Assembly: GCA_965153355.1 (NCBI GenBank)
Contig: OZ231126.1
Coordinates: 26,102,001 to 26,166,000 of the forward strand
DNA: 64,000 nucleotides
DNA from: Flaccisagitta enflata
Taxonomy: Eukaryota
Direction of reading: 5' to 3'
Below are positions 13,730 to 26,323 of this stretch, in pieces (position 1 is the stretch's first letter; every line of letters starts with the position of its first letter). A program made the position numbers and the translations under genes. Below the pieces are notes generated by a model. That model was not told the DNA's origin. It worked only from the letters and a program-made list of their open reading frames with translations, and did not search any database.

Positions 13730-15712
13730 TTTATATCATTTTACATCATTTTAAATCATTTTACATCATTTACATCATTTTACTTATTACATCATTTTAC
13801 TTCATTTTACATCATTTTACATTCCTAACATCATTTTAACATTTTATCATTTTGCATCATTTTACATCATTTACATCATTTTATGTATTTATTATTCACA
13901 TCATTTTATATCATATTCATCATTTACATCATATACGTCATTTACGTCATTTTATCATTTACCATCATTTACATCATTTCATCATTTTACATCATTTTAC
14001 ATCATTTTACATCATTTTACATCATATTACAGCATTTTACATCATTTACATCAATTTACATCATTTTACATCATTTTACATCATTTTACGTTATTTTACA
14101 TCATTTGCATCATTTAACATCATTCTACATCATTTACATCATTTACATCATTTTACTTCATTTTACATCATCTTACATCATTTATATCATTTTGCGTCAT
14201 TTTACATCATTTTACATGATTAAACATCATTTTACATCATTTTACATCATTTTACATCATTTAGATCATTTTACATCATTTAACTTCATTTATGTCATTT
14301 TATTTCATTTACATCGTTTTACATCACTTTACATCACTTTACATCATTTTACATCATTTTACATCATTTTATATCATTTTGCATCACCACACATGATTTA
14401 CATCATTTTACATTATTTCACTTCATTTTATGTCATTTTACATCATTTTACATCAAATTACATCAATTTACATCAATTTTCATCATTTTACATCATTTTA
14501 GATCATTTATATCATTTACATAATTTTACAAAATTTTACATCATTTTACATCATTTTACATCATTTTATATCACTTTACATTACCATACATGATTTACAT
14601 CATTTTACATTATTTCACTTCATTTTATGTCATTTTACATCATTTTACATCAATTTACATCATTTGCATCATTTTACATCATTTTACATCATTTATATCA
14701 TTTACATAATTTTACATAATTTTACATCATTTTACATCATTTGACATCATTTTACATCATTAACATTATTTTACATCATTTTACATCATTTTACATCATT
14801 TTTAATCATTTACATCATTCTACATAATTTTACATCATTTAACATCATTTTACATCATTTACATCATTTTACATCATTTTATATCATTTAGATCATTTTA
14901 CATCATTTCACATCATTTTACATTATTTTACATCATTTTACATTATTTATATCATTTTGCATCATTTTACTTCATTTTTTTATCACTTTACCATCATTTT
15001 ACATCATTTTACATCACTTTACATCATTTACATTATTTTACATCATTTTACATCATTTTACATCATTTTACATCATTTTATATCATTTACATCATTTTAC
15101 ATCATTTTACATCATTATACATGATTTACATCATTTTACATTATTTCACTTCATTTTATATCATTTTACATCATTTACATCATTTTACATCAATTTACAT
15201 CAATTTACATCATTTTACATCATTTACATCATTTTACATCATTTGCATCATTTTACATTATTTTACATCATTTATATCATTTATATCATTTTTCATCATT
15301 TTACATCATTTTACATCTTCTTATATCATCCTACATCATCAACATCATTTTACATCATCTTACATCATTTAACATCAATTTACATCATTTTACATCATTT
15401 TACATCATTTACATCATTTTACAGCATTTTACATCATTTTAAATCATTTACATCATTTTACATCATTTAACATCATTTTACATCATTTACATCATTTACA
15501 TCATTTACATCATTTTACATTATTTACATTATTTTACATCATTTTGCATCTCTTAACATCATTTTACATCATTTTGCACCATTTTTTATCATTTACATCA
15601 TTTTACATCATTTTACATCATTTTACATCATTATACATGATTTACATCATTTTACATTATTTACATCATTTTACATCATTTTGCACCTCTTTACATCATT
15701 TTACATCATTTT
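13730..15712. repeat. About 2-kb satellite of 9-10-bp units (TTTTACATCA)
   Basis: Seen directly; explains the His/Phe-rich ORFs. Confidence 0.95.
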
Positions 15713-16176
15713 ACTCCATTTCCACTTCCGCATCTGTTTCCATCAAGATTCTGAAAACTGCTTCCGCTTCTGCTTCCGTTTCTACTGAGAAAGTGACGCT
15801 TCCGCTTCCACATCTCTAGTTTGAAGTCATTTTAGTCAAGATAGTTTGAAGACGGTCTTTAAAGAAGGTTCTTAAGATGTATTCTTAAGCCTGTCTTGAA
15901 GAAGGTTCTTGAAAAAAACATTCAAACCATTCTTCAAGACGATTTTGAAGAAGGTTCTTGAAGCTGGGTCTTAAGACGATTTTGGGAGGGGGTTTGAAGA
16001 CGGTCTTAAGAAGCAAAAAATGGTCCATGTGAACGTCCCTCAGAAATTCGATGTAGTTTTAGAATCTCACTGATTTTTATATGATTTTATTTTTTTTAGC
16101 ACAGATATGACCCAAAACGCTCGCCGATATATATATGTTCTAGATAGTAAATGTTTTTTTTCAGTTGGTTACACTT

Positions 16177-16364
16177 AAACAAGGTCGGATATACGGCTAC
16201 CGAAGTCGCGTGCAGGGCTAGGGGCAGTGATGAAAAAGGCTTACTCAAGCATTTGAGCAGAAGCGCCCGAAAACGCCAAAAACGCCAAAAAAGCAAACAG
16301 TGACCGACCGACAGACCGACCAACCAACACAGCGGGTTATAGAGTCGCGTGCACGCGACTAAAA
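16177..16364 (-). mobile_element. HINE family A
   Basis: AAACAAGG.CGGATA..CGGC ... (GACC)n ... AGTCGCGTGCACGCGACTAAAA. Confidence 0.8.
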
Positions 16365-16470
16365 GTATAAAAAATGTTTTAGGATGTGAATGATTGACAA
16401 TATATTTTTGAAACTGTTTTTCCTAGTGTGACAAGTGAAACAATATCCCTCACTTAAGCCTAATACTCAC

Positions 16471-16520
16471 TTAGTGTTTTGTCCAAAACTGAAAATGTCC
16501 TCCAGTTTGAACGAGGCCAT
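16471..16520 (-). CDS. Candidate first coding exon of an unidentified gene (MASFKLEDIFSFGQNT...)
   Basis: AGAATGG start context, 50 nt open, donor |GTGAGT, unique non-repeat sequence. Confidence 0.3.
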
Positions 16521-17123
16521 TCTCTCACTGCCGAATTTTCAAGACTCGCAATTCTCAAATGGAGAAGAATTTTGTCGAGCAGAAAGGTTATCTTTTTTTT
16601 TCTTCCTTTTGGAGGAAAACTGAGGAGAAATCCAAAACAGAGATATTCATCGAAAGGGCAAAAAACCTAAGCAGCTACGAAAGCACAGAATTGGTTTAGT
16701 TTATCTGAAAACGTGATCTGTATCAAAGAAACTCGTAAAAGGGGGATATTCATTCATTGATAGTACTTTCTCTATCTTTTTCGTTCGTTTTGTCCTCAAA
16801 AAACAGTTTTCTTGTTTTTGAGTGATCAAGACAAAGACAAGTAATGAAGAAGAATCAAGGTCAGTATCAGTGATTGATTAGTGCGGTGAGGTGATGACTG
16901 ATGACCCTCTTTATCTACATTCATCAATAAATCTCTATCTGTCAAATACTTGATCAATTGAATTTTTTACAAAGGTGACCTCATTCTACCTGTTGCATAC
17001 CCTAATTGTCAAATCATCTACTTTCACCGCAATAACTGCATTGAAATTTGCCAGTGATCACGACTCCACAATGCAATGTGGATTTCACATTTTCTTTCGA
17101 GCTTCATGTCATCACCTTGCGCA

Positions 17124-17200
<77 letters not shown>

Positions 17201-17762
17201 CTCTATATCTTATTGTCTTTTCTGCCTCCGTTTTTCCTTCGTTAGGTCTTTCAACGGTAGAAGCCTTTATGAAAAATCCTCAGTTTCTTGTAGAGAGAGA
17301 GAGAGATTCTTTTCTCTCTCTCTCTCTCTCTCTCTCTCCTTTTTTCGTTTCCATGAGTCATGAGATGTCAAAGGATGATTTATTTGGTTTGTGGTTAGAA
17401 ACATTGTGTCTGGAAAAACAAAGATTTTTTCTTCAGGGTCAACGTCACTTTGAGCCTCAAAACAAGCGAGAATTCGAGATTTTTTTCTCTTTTCCTTTGC
17501 TTGTTATCCTTCTATCTTTTTTTCTTTCCATGGAAACTGATATCAAACCATATAAATTTTTCTTCTTCATCCCCCCCCTTTTTTTTCGTTTTGGTTGTTG
17601 AGTTGTTTTATCTGAAATACAAGAATAATTCAATGGATAAATTCTATTTCCATTTTAGACACATACGCATTTATTCATTTCAGTCATGGTATGAGATTCG
17701 TTATATGATATCTTTGCTTCGTTTCCATTTCGTCACATCTACACCTCCAATATGCCCCGATC

Positions 17763-18158
17763 ACCATATTTCTCCTAATTAGCGCCTCCTCCCAGATTAT
17801 TTTTTTGGCCCTCCTTCTTTTTTTCAGTAAAAAAAAATTTATCACAATTACAAAATTCTCTTTTTTTTCTCAGCAATTCTAACCATAAAAAAAACAAATT
17901 TATCACAATTACAAAATTTTCTTTTTTTTTCAGCAAGTCTAACCATGAAAACCATGATTGTTTTTTTTTTCTTTTTTTTTTTTTGTCTTCTTGTCTTTGC
18001 CTGTTTTGCTCATCATCTTTCATTCCATTTTTAATTCTCTCACTTTCTATAATAAAAAGTGGGATCAATCTTATTTGAGGGGGCACTAATTAGAAGGGTA
18101 AAATGATATTGTCAAATATTGATTTTACAGGCGCCCGGAGCGCTAATTAGGAGTACGG
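17763..18158. mobile_element. pogo-like MITE
   Basis: Imperfect TIR ..CTCCTAATTAGCGC / GCGCTAATTAGGAGTACGG|TA. Confidence 0.6.
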
Positions 18159-18454
18159 TACAAGAAGATCTACAATCACATACAAAATAGAGTCGACAAA
18201 GAGTTAAAACGAAAATAAATACCTTTAAAAAAAAAAAGAAATACTGCATTGAGCAATTTGACTTATTTGAGCCTTCAATGCAATGGTATGATAAAAAGAA
18301 TATTCGAGGGTTTGAAAGTGAAGCACAAATGAAGCACAAATGAGGCGTTCCATTACTTTATGTCAGAGCTGTATGAAAGTATTACCATTTGTAATTAGAC
18401 ACTACCATTTGAGTACCCAGTGAATACCTTGGTGGCTCATCTTGTTTAGGTTTT

Positions 18455-18676
18455 TTTTTAAGTCGCTCGCTAGGTGACACTATATCGTATATGAGGGTAT
18501 GTTCGTCCGAAGTTTCTAAGGTCCGTCTGAAAGTCGGTTAAGCAAAATTTTCGATGACGCGACACTAGCCGATATAGTGATTTCCGAGCATTCCTACCTC
18601 TGCCCAACCACAGCTCAGCCCCCACCCAGCCGCATTAGCAAGCGACTACTTTTTGTTCGTGTATCCAGCCTTGTTT
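18455..18676 (+). mobile_element. Degenerate HINE family A
   Basis: AGTCGC.. hairpin remnant, CTGCCC motifs, GTGTATCCAGCCTTGTTT end. Confidence 0.55.
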
Positions 18677-18754
18677 ATTCCTTCAGTCCTTTAAAACTCT
18701 CTTTTAATACCTGCTCTCGCTTTTACTTTTTCTCTGTTTGTCTGTCTGTCTCTC

Positions 18755-18854
<100 letters not shown>

Positions 18855-19974
18855 CTTCTCCCCATTTTCTTTCTCAGTATGGTGATGTAATGGAATGCTC
18901 ATTAATCAAAAGGCGATTCGAGCGTTGTAACGCCGATGTCAAATAACTGGGTGAAGAGAGAGGCACTAGAGTCAGAGAGATCACTAAACCTAAATGAGCC
19001 TAAACTTTCTGTAGCTCTCCTTAAGCATCAGAGCCAGAGAGAGGGAGAGAAAAGGAGAGATAGGGACAAGGACACTCAGAGAGACAGAAAAAACAGAGAC
19101 AGAGAGAAACAGAGACAGCGAGACAGAGACACTGAGAGAGTAGAGATCCCTTCTATTCCTCTATCCTCATGTTTTTTTTTCTCAATCTTATGCCTAATCC
19201 TCTTTTCTTTTCTCTTGCGTTCTTTCTAACCCTATCTCTTGGCGTGTTCTTCTTCCCTTTCCTTGGCCTATTCCTATCACCAGGATTTCCAAGAAAAAAT
19301 TTCTTTTGCTTATTTTCTTCTATTCATCTGTCCTTTTTATCCAACAGCCCCACCCCATTATCACCGATCCAATGATAAAAATGTTTTTCTAATTTCATAG
19401 TTTACGATGGCAATGACGGAAATCCACCATATGAGAAAAAAATGTATATCCTATAAAACTTACTATTTTGAGTAATTCCTTCAGATAAGAAATTTGCTTA
19501 CATTGGAAGTGTGTCTGCAACTTTTTTCCCAATTCATTCCTTTTTTCAATAAGTTACAAAAAAGATTTTGTTTTTTTTTTTCAAATTGCATTTCATCTCA
19601 CGTTACGCAGCTTGACCATCCTTGTAAAACGGTTCAAAGTACGCCCTTTATGGTTTCCAACCTTGCTCAACCCCCCTACCACACCTTGACTTATTTGGAA
19701 TGTTCTTACATCAATGCCCCTTTTTCCCTCCTTCCTGTCCTATCGCGTTTCAGAGACCCACTCTCCTAAACGTATCATCTTTTTTTATATTTCCGATATT
19801 TTCCTTTCTCACTCCTGAGAGACTTGGCATTTTTCAGAATATAAAACTTCGATAAACCAATGAAAAAAAAAAGTGGAAATTCTTCCTCGTGGGAAAACAT
19901 TGGAAAAGTTAAGCGCCAGAATTTTTATTAGAGTAAACCGCGGGAAGAGCCCTTGGTGAAATTGCGCCTCTATA

Positions 19975-20735
19975 TATGGGGATGTCCACATTGGATCAAT
20001 TTGACACTTCTCTTCATTGGAATATACACATTGGATCAAACTGACACCTTTCTTAATGGGAATGTCCACATTGAATCAAATTGACACTTCCTTTCATGGG
20101 GATTTACACGGAAAATCAAACTGACACTTCTCCTCATAGGGATGTCCACATTGGATTAAATTGACACTTCTCTTCATGGGAGTGTCGACATTGGATCAAA
20201 TCAACACTTCTCTTCATGGGGATGTCCGCATTGGATCAAACTGACACATCTCCTAATAGGGATATACACATTGGATCCAATTGACACTTCTCTTCATGGG
20301 AATGTACACATTGGATCAAACTGACACCTTTCTGAATGGCAATGTCCACATAGGATCAAATTGACACTTCCTTACCTGGGGATTTACATGTGGAATCAAA
20401 TAAACACTTCTCTTCATGGGGATGTCCGCTAGCATAAGAAAAAATAATGTAATGTCATAGAAAACTTCTCTATCAGAGGGTTATAGCCCTAAATCATATT
20501 TACAGATGGTCCCTGAAAGAAATTTAGCCCTGGAACCCCTATAAATTGACGCCGCCACCCGCCCCCTTTCCAATAATAAAACATGGGAAATTGACACTTC
20601 TTTTCATGGGAATGTCCACAATGGATCAAATTGACACTTCTCTTCATGGGAGTGTCCACATCGGATTGATTTACACTTCTCTTCATAGGAATGTTCAGAT
20701 TGGACCAAATTGACACGTCTCTTCATGGGGATATA
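19975..20735. repeat. 40-bp minisatellite, interrupted at about 20430-20585
   Basis: Unit GATGTCCACATTGGATCAAATTGACACTTCTCTTCATGGG with exact 40-bp period. Confidence 0.95.
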
Positions 20736-20849
20736 CATATTAACGCCTCTCTGTATGAATATGTATACATCGGAAAAAAATGATACCTTTCTTCATGGTT
20801 ATGTCCATGTTGTCATTCTTTTTGTTGTTTTTCTTTTGTTTTTGTCGTC

Positions 20850-21444
20850 ATTTTTGTTGTTGTTGTTGTTATTGTTGTTGTTGTTGTTATTGTTGTTGTT
20901 ATTGTTGTTATTGTTATTGTTGTTGTTATTATTGTTATTTATTATTGTTGTTATTGTTTTCATAATTGTTATTTGTTGTTGCTGTTATTATTGTTGTTGT
21001 TGTTATTTTGTTGTTGATGATTTGTTGTTGTTATTGTTGTTATTTGTTGTTGTTGTTGTTATTTATTATTTATTTGTTTATTTGTTTATTGTTATTGTTG
21101 TTATTTGTTATTGTTGTTGTTGTTGTTGTTGTCGTCTTCATAAGTTGTTGTTGTTGTGTTGTTGTTTTGTTGTTGTTGTTGTTATTTGTTATTCTATTTG
21201 TTGTTGTTGTTGTTTGTTGTTGTTGTTGTTGTGGTTGTTATTTATTATCGTTATCGTTTGTCATTGTCGTTGTCGTTGTTGTCGTCGTCGTCGTCGTCGT
21301 CATAATTATTATTGTTGTTGTTGTTGTTGTTGTTGTGGTTTGTTGTTTGTTGTTGTTAATGGTGTTGTATTTATTGTTGTTGTTATTGTTGTTGTTGTTG
21401 TTGTTGTTGTCCAGAGTTATTCTTGTTATTGTTGTTGTCTGTGT

Positions 21445-21479
<35 letters not shown>

Positions 21480-21544
21480 ATTATTTGTTGTTATTTGTTG
21501 TTGTTATTTGTTGTTGTTGTTGTTGTTGTTTATTTATTGTGGTT

Positions 21545-21601
<57 letters not shown>

Positions 21602-21605
21602 ATTG
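20850..21605. repeat. Imperfect (TTG)n microsatellite
   Basis: Seen directly. Confidence 0.95.
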
Positions 21606-21859
21606 CTAATGAAAGATTATTCACTTTCCAATTATGTTCAACGTTGCTCTTTTATCGGACTTGAGATTTGGAAACTTCACTAAAAGATGGCATCAATAGT
21701 CGAAGAGCGAGGAAATGGAAGCAGCAGAAGATGAGTGATTGAGAGAGGAGGGGGAAGAGGAGAGGGAAGAAGAGGAGGTGGAGCGCAACAATCGAAACTG
21801 TGATAACCGATCACGAACCAATGCCATCTACTTAAGTGTCGCACAAAAATCAGAAGATG

Positions 21860-21907
<48 letters not shown>

Positions 21908-22184
21908 AGGAATCAAGGATCAAATGTAGGAGTAGCGAGAAGAAAAGAAACGCAGAGCGAAAAAACGCTAAGGAAGGAAAAAACTAATAAGAATGGTAAC
22001 AAAGACAGAATAGAAAAAAGAGACAAAGAAACACAAAAACATAGAAACAAAGAAACAAGTAACGAAAGCCACAAAAAAACAAACAAACAAAGAAACCAAG
22101 AAACGAACAAAGAAAGATTGATATTAGATAGAATGAAATATAGAAACATAAAAAGAAACAGAGAGAGGAAGTTTGAAAGAAACA

Positions 22185-22655
22185 AAACAAGTCATCTAAG
22201 GATCGGACATGGTCAGCGGTACCCGATGCCCTGCTTACAGCGATCAGCTGAAGAAATGAAGTGGGAGCAAGGCAGTGGCATCAAAGGGCTGATGTCCTGT
22301 AGGACACAGGGGTGAATTTCCGTATGTCTCAAGAGGGCATATTTGAGGCCTTTGGGGTAATTTTTTTCAATGGCGATATATATTGTTTCCATTTCTCGTC
22401 AGTATTGCCTGTTATTCAATTTGGATGTCATATTTTTTTCAATTATTGGTCAAGTTTCCATGTTATCCAAACAGAATTTTGCATCATTTTAATTTTTCCA
22501 TGTAACTCAATGGGAGGCTTGCATTTGGTCAATTTTCCATGTTATTTGAGAAGCTTAGGGGTGGGAGGACGGATAAATGGATAGACAGATAAATGTATAG
22601 AAATTCATCCCTGTGTCCTACAGGACATCGGCCCTTTGGGGCCGCTGCCAAAAAA
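22185..22655 (-). mobile_element. HINE family B
   Basis: AACAAGTCATC..GGTCAGCGGTACCCGATGCCCTGC end; about 45-bp subterminal inverted repeats (..AAAGGGC.GATGTCCTGTAGGACACAGGG). Confidence 0.8.
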
Positions 22656-22771
22656 GGAAACGAAATTAGAAAACAATCTACAGCTGAACCTTGGTATTGC
22701 CCTTTGTAGATACTTTCCTTCATGTGAAAGCGCCACATCACATCGCAACATCGTTACGGGCGCCCGAAAAG

Positions 22772-23606
22772 AAAACAAGGCCAGATACACGGCTACCCCA
22801 GTCGCGTGTGGGTGGGCAGAAGCAGTGCTGGAGAAGGTCACTATTGCATTTGGGCAGGAGCAGTAAGCTCAAAAAGCTCAAAAACGCCAAAAAAGTAACT
22901 AGTCATCCAAGGATCGCACATGGTCAGCGGTATCCGATGCCCTGCTTAGATTGATTAGTTGCAGAAGTGGATTGAGAGCAGGGCAGCGGCCCCAAAGGGC
23001 CGATGTCCTGTAGGACACAGGGGTGAATTTCCAGACGTCCTGAGAAGGCACATTTGAGGCCTTTGGGGCTACTTTCCTTGTTATTTAATGAAAACATTGA
23101 ATTTTTTTCCCATTTCATTGTCAATTTTCCATGTTATTCAATCTGAATTTTGCATTTATTTACAAATTTGTCAATTTTCCACGTTAGTCAATAGGAATTT
23201 CCCATATTTCTAACCTCTAGTAAATTTTCTATGTTATTCAATGGGAATTCCATATTTTTTTTCATTTCTTTATCAATTTTTCATGTTATTCAATGGGAAT
23301 TTTGCATTTCTTCAATTTTCCTTGTTATTCAATGGGAACATGAGGCTCAGAAGCTTTGGTGAGGGGGGGGGGACATACGGATGGACGGATGGACGGACGG
23401 ACGTCTGGAAATTTACCCCTGTCCTACAGGACATCGGCCCTTTGGGGCCGCTGCCCAAAAAGGGGACCAACCGACCGACCGACCGACCGACCGACCGACC
23501 GACCGACTGACCGACCGACCGACCGACCGACCGACCAACCGACCGACCGACTGACCAACGGACCGACATAGTGGGGTGTAGGGTCGCGTAGCACGCGACT
23601 AAAAAA
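22772..23606 (-). mobile_element. HINE family A interrupted by HINE family B (22897-23460)
   Basis: The A halves rejoin as AAAAAAGT.AAAGGGGACC, as in the intact copy at 2581. Confidence 0.85.
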
Positions 23607-24423
23607 TGAATTTCAACATGAAAAATTTACAGGGCAATGTCTTGAACGGATAAGCCAATGGTCTAGAGAGATCTGAGTTTATTTTGGCAAAGGTCATTAA
23701 ACTAAGTGCGTTTGTGATTTTGCCAAATACTTTCAACTTAAGGCCAAGCAAATGTAAGGAACAACGAACTTTAACCGGGATGTTTTTTTTTTCATCAAAT
23801 TCATTACATAATCATAACAAATAGTGGTCAAGGTTAACGATCTTTTAAACGCATATCAGTAGAAGGCGTTGTAATAAATATAGGTGATTCTTGAATAACC
23901 ATAACGATGAAATAAAAAGGCAAACAGTGCTCGTAACATATCAAATCTATGAAAAAGGGCAGGGCATATGAAATGCTAACATCCCTAGTCGTATGCGGTA
24001 GTTGACTGGTGACAAAAAGATGAATTGGCAAATGATCCAACACTTAGTGTTTAATGCACATACAATAAAACCAGCAAGAAGAAAAAAATGGATTTTTTCC
24101 TATTTTGGTTTTCAGATCTATGTGCACCCGATGGCCGGTAATGGAGTCTTACTGAATGAAGAACTATACATACGGAAGACAAATTTCAACTTTCTTTCTC
24201 TCCATGATCTGAAATGAACAACAAACGTTTTTATACGAGTTTTTTAACGCGATGTATGACTCAATTTCAGACAAAATCACATGTAGGCAATCATTCAAAA
24301 TGCATACTGGTAGAAAAAAATGACCGTGTATTAGGTTGTAAATGCGGACAATGACAATCAAAATGATAACAAAATGACTTCACACCCCCATTTCTAATCC
24401 CTGTGGTCTGTTTTCACCGGCTT

Positions 24424-24996
24424 CTACGATTTTCTAAACTGTGTCAACATCTCAGGATTCCGTTGTCTACATTGGACAATCGAACACATGCATCCATCAA
24501 CGACGATTTTGTACGTTGCCTCCATTTTCGTGTGTCTTTTGTCTCGCCTCTTAAGACTCGCCCACCGATCGGGCACGCAGCAAGGGCAGTAATGGTCGCC
24601 CGTCCACTGCACGCGCGAGAGAGCGTAGGCTCGGGCCAGAGTGTTGCTTTCGCACGAACCTTTCGGGTTGCATCGTTTTATATTTTCGCGGTTGCCTTGA
24701 ATGTTGATGACGTAGTCTACTGGCGCGCATCCTTGTTGCTGCAAAGCGTTTGTACTTCTACGACGGCGGCGTGAGGCGGCGGAAGACGAGGAGGAGGAGG
24801 AAGACGAGGAGAAGGAGGAATAGGAGGAAGAGAAAGAGCGTTGATGCTGGGATAATCGATTCCACGCGGTGTTGCGCGAATGTTCGTCGACGAAATACTT
24901 GAGAGGAAGTTGAGAATGCTCAACGAGGACGAGGAAGGGCCGAAATGTCATGGAGGCCGTGGGATTGAGCGTGGATGCGGAGGTGGAGGATGGCAC
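24424..24996 (-). CDS. Exon 3 of divergent TGF-beta-like precursor (end of prodomain, furin site, mature cystine-knot domain)
   Basis: 190-aa open frame; FRPFLVL resembles the end-of-prodomain motif; RRRRR|S site; mature region with C...CNPKGSC...CPCCVP...IVVDGCMC (compare BMP2 CCVP...MVVEGCGC); exon start inferred at AAG|GTG. Confidence 0.85.
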   Translation of the reverse strand: MPSSTSASTLNPTASMTFRPFLVLVEHSQLPLKYFVDEHSRNTAWNRLSQHQRSFSSSYSSFSSSSSSSSSSAASRRRRRSTNALQQQGCAPVDYVINIQGNRENIKRCNPKGSCESNTLARAYALSRVQWTGDHYCPCCVPDRWASLKRRDKRHTKMEATYKIVVDGCMCSIVQCRQRNPEMLTQFRKS

Positions 24997-25291
24997 CTTG
25001 ATTCAATAATAAAGAACGCTACAAACTGACATAAAGCCGAGCTAAAAGACAGAGAGACAGACACGAAGAGAGAGCTGACACTTCATAGAGATGCTTTGTT
25101 GCACTTCATGAAAAACCGAGAGCTTCACTTTTGGGGTATTGTTAGTGTTGTCGTTAGTCATTTTGTGTATACATATGGATACCAAGAAAAATTTGAAATT
25201 GACCTTTCTCATGTCCAAAAATATATTTTGTTTAAATCAAAAGCAAGAATCGCTCCATTTCATCTATTTATCAACTGATTCTACTGTGTAC

Positions 25292-25618
25292 CTGATTATC
25301 ATCAAAGTTTTCCATAGAATCGTTGTTTACGCCTCTGAATCTCAATCGAAGTAAATCTTCCTGAAAAGGGGAGGTCAGAGGATGCAACGGAAGAACAAAG
25401 AATTGTCTCTGATCAGAGACATTGTAGAAATCCTCGTTGACGTAAAAGCTCAGATTATGCAAATTAGATTGCTGCTGCACATTCCGTAACGAAGGAAGAT
25501 CATCTTTTGGCTGTCGAAGGTTTGGAAGTCCAAAGCCAAAGAAAAGTGACGACAGATTTGAGGCTTTGGAGAGCTTCTTGGTGAAATTGAATCGATGGGA
25601 AAGGGATGAACCTTCAGT
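25292..25618 (-). CDS. Exon 2 of divergent TGF-beta-like precursor (prodomain)
   Basis: Acceptor (CT)n-CATTTCTTGCAG|ACT, open 109 codons (TEGSSL...FDDNQ), donor CAG|GTACAC; phase 0 at both ends, matching the neighbouring exons. Confidence 0.75.
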
Positions 25619-25625
25619 CTGCAAG

Positions 25626-25670
<45 letters not shown>

Positions 25671-25773
25671 AAACATTTCTTCTTGACCATGTATCCGTTA
25701 AAAAATATTTCTTTCTACGCACTATTTCATTTGGAAAAAAAAGAAACTGCTGCGTAAAAATGAACACTAGATT

Positions 25774-26150
25774 GATGGATGGATGTTTTGATGGATGGAT
25801 GGATGGATGGAAAATGAACAATGGATTGATGGATGGATGTTTGGATGGATGGATGGCCGATGGATGGATATATGGATGGATGGATGGATGGATAGATGGA
25901 TGGATGGATGGATGGATGGATATTAAATGGATGGATGGATGGATGGATGGATGGATGGATGGATGGATGGATGGATGGATGGATGGATGGATGGAAATGT
26001 GGGTGTATGGATGGATTGATGGATGGATAGATGGATGGATGAGCGGGTGAATGGATGGATAAATAGATAGTTGGATGGATGGATGGATGGATTGACAGAT
26101 GGATTGATGGACGGATGAGTGGGTAAATACTAAATAGATAATTGAATGGG
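25774..26150. repeat. (GGAT)n microsatellite in intron 1 of the TGF-beta-like gene
   Basis: Seen directly. Confidence 0.95.
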
Positions 26151-26323
26151 AGGATGGAGGGACCGATAGATTGATTCATGATTGTACAAGGGGTTTATGG
26201 ATGGACGACACAACGAATGGACACATGGATTGATGGATGGGCAAAAAGATTGATATACGGTTAAATAGAAAGAGTAAAACAAACAATAGATACATGGACA
26301 GAAAAACGTTTAGAAAAACCTAC

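Larger units (their letters stand above)
12550..15818. mobile_element. hAT-like non-autonomous element enlarged by nested repeats
   Basis: TIR TAG(T/A)GATGTGGAAGCG; 8-bp TSD GTTTGAAA/GTTTGAAG; subterminal CTTCCG/CTTCCA repeats near both ends. Confidence 0.75.

Noticed and set aside
13852-15819. His/Phe/Ile-rich ORFs
   Set aside because: Translation of the TTTTACATCA satellite
19975-20430. CRISPR-like regular repeat (also 33381-33902 and 48967-49470)
   Set aside because: Head-to-tail units without unique spacers; eukaryotic context; no cas genes
20710-21683. Poly-Leu/Cys/Val ORFs resembling membrane or metallothionein proteins
   Set aside because: (TTG)n microsatellite
24424-24756. Assignment as bursicon, glycoprotein hormone or Norrin
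   Set aside because: Lacks two CTCK cysteines and has a long furin-cleaved prodomain plus CCVP/VVxGC motifs, which fit TGF-beta better; no gene symbol assigned
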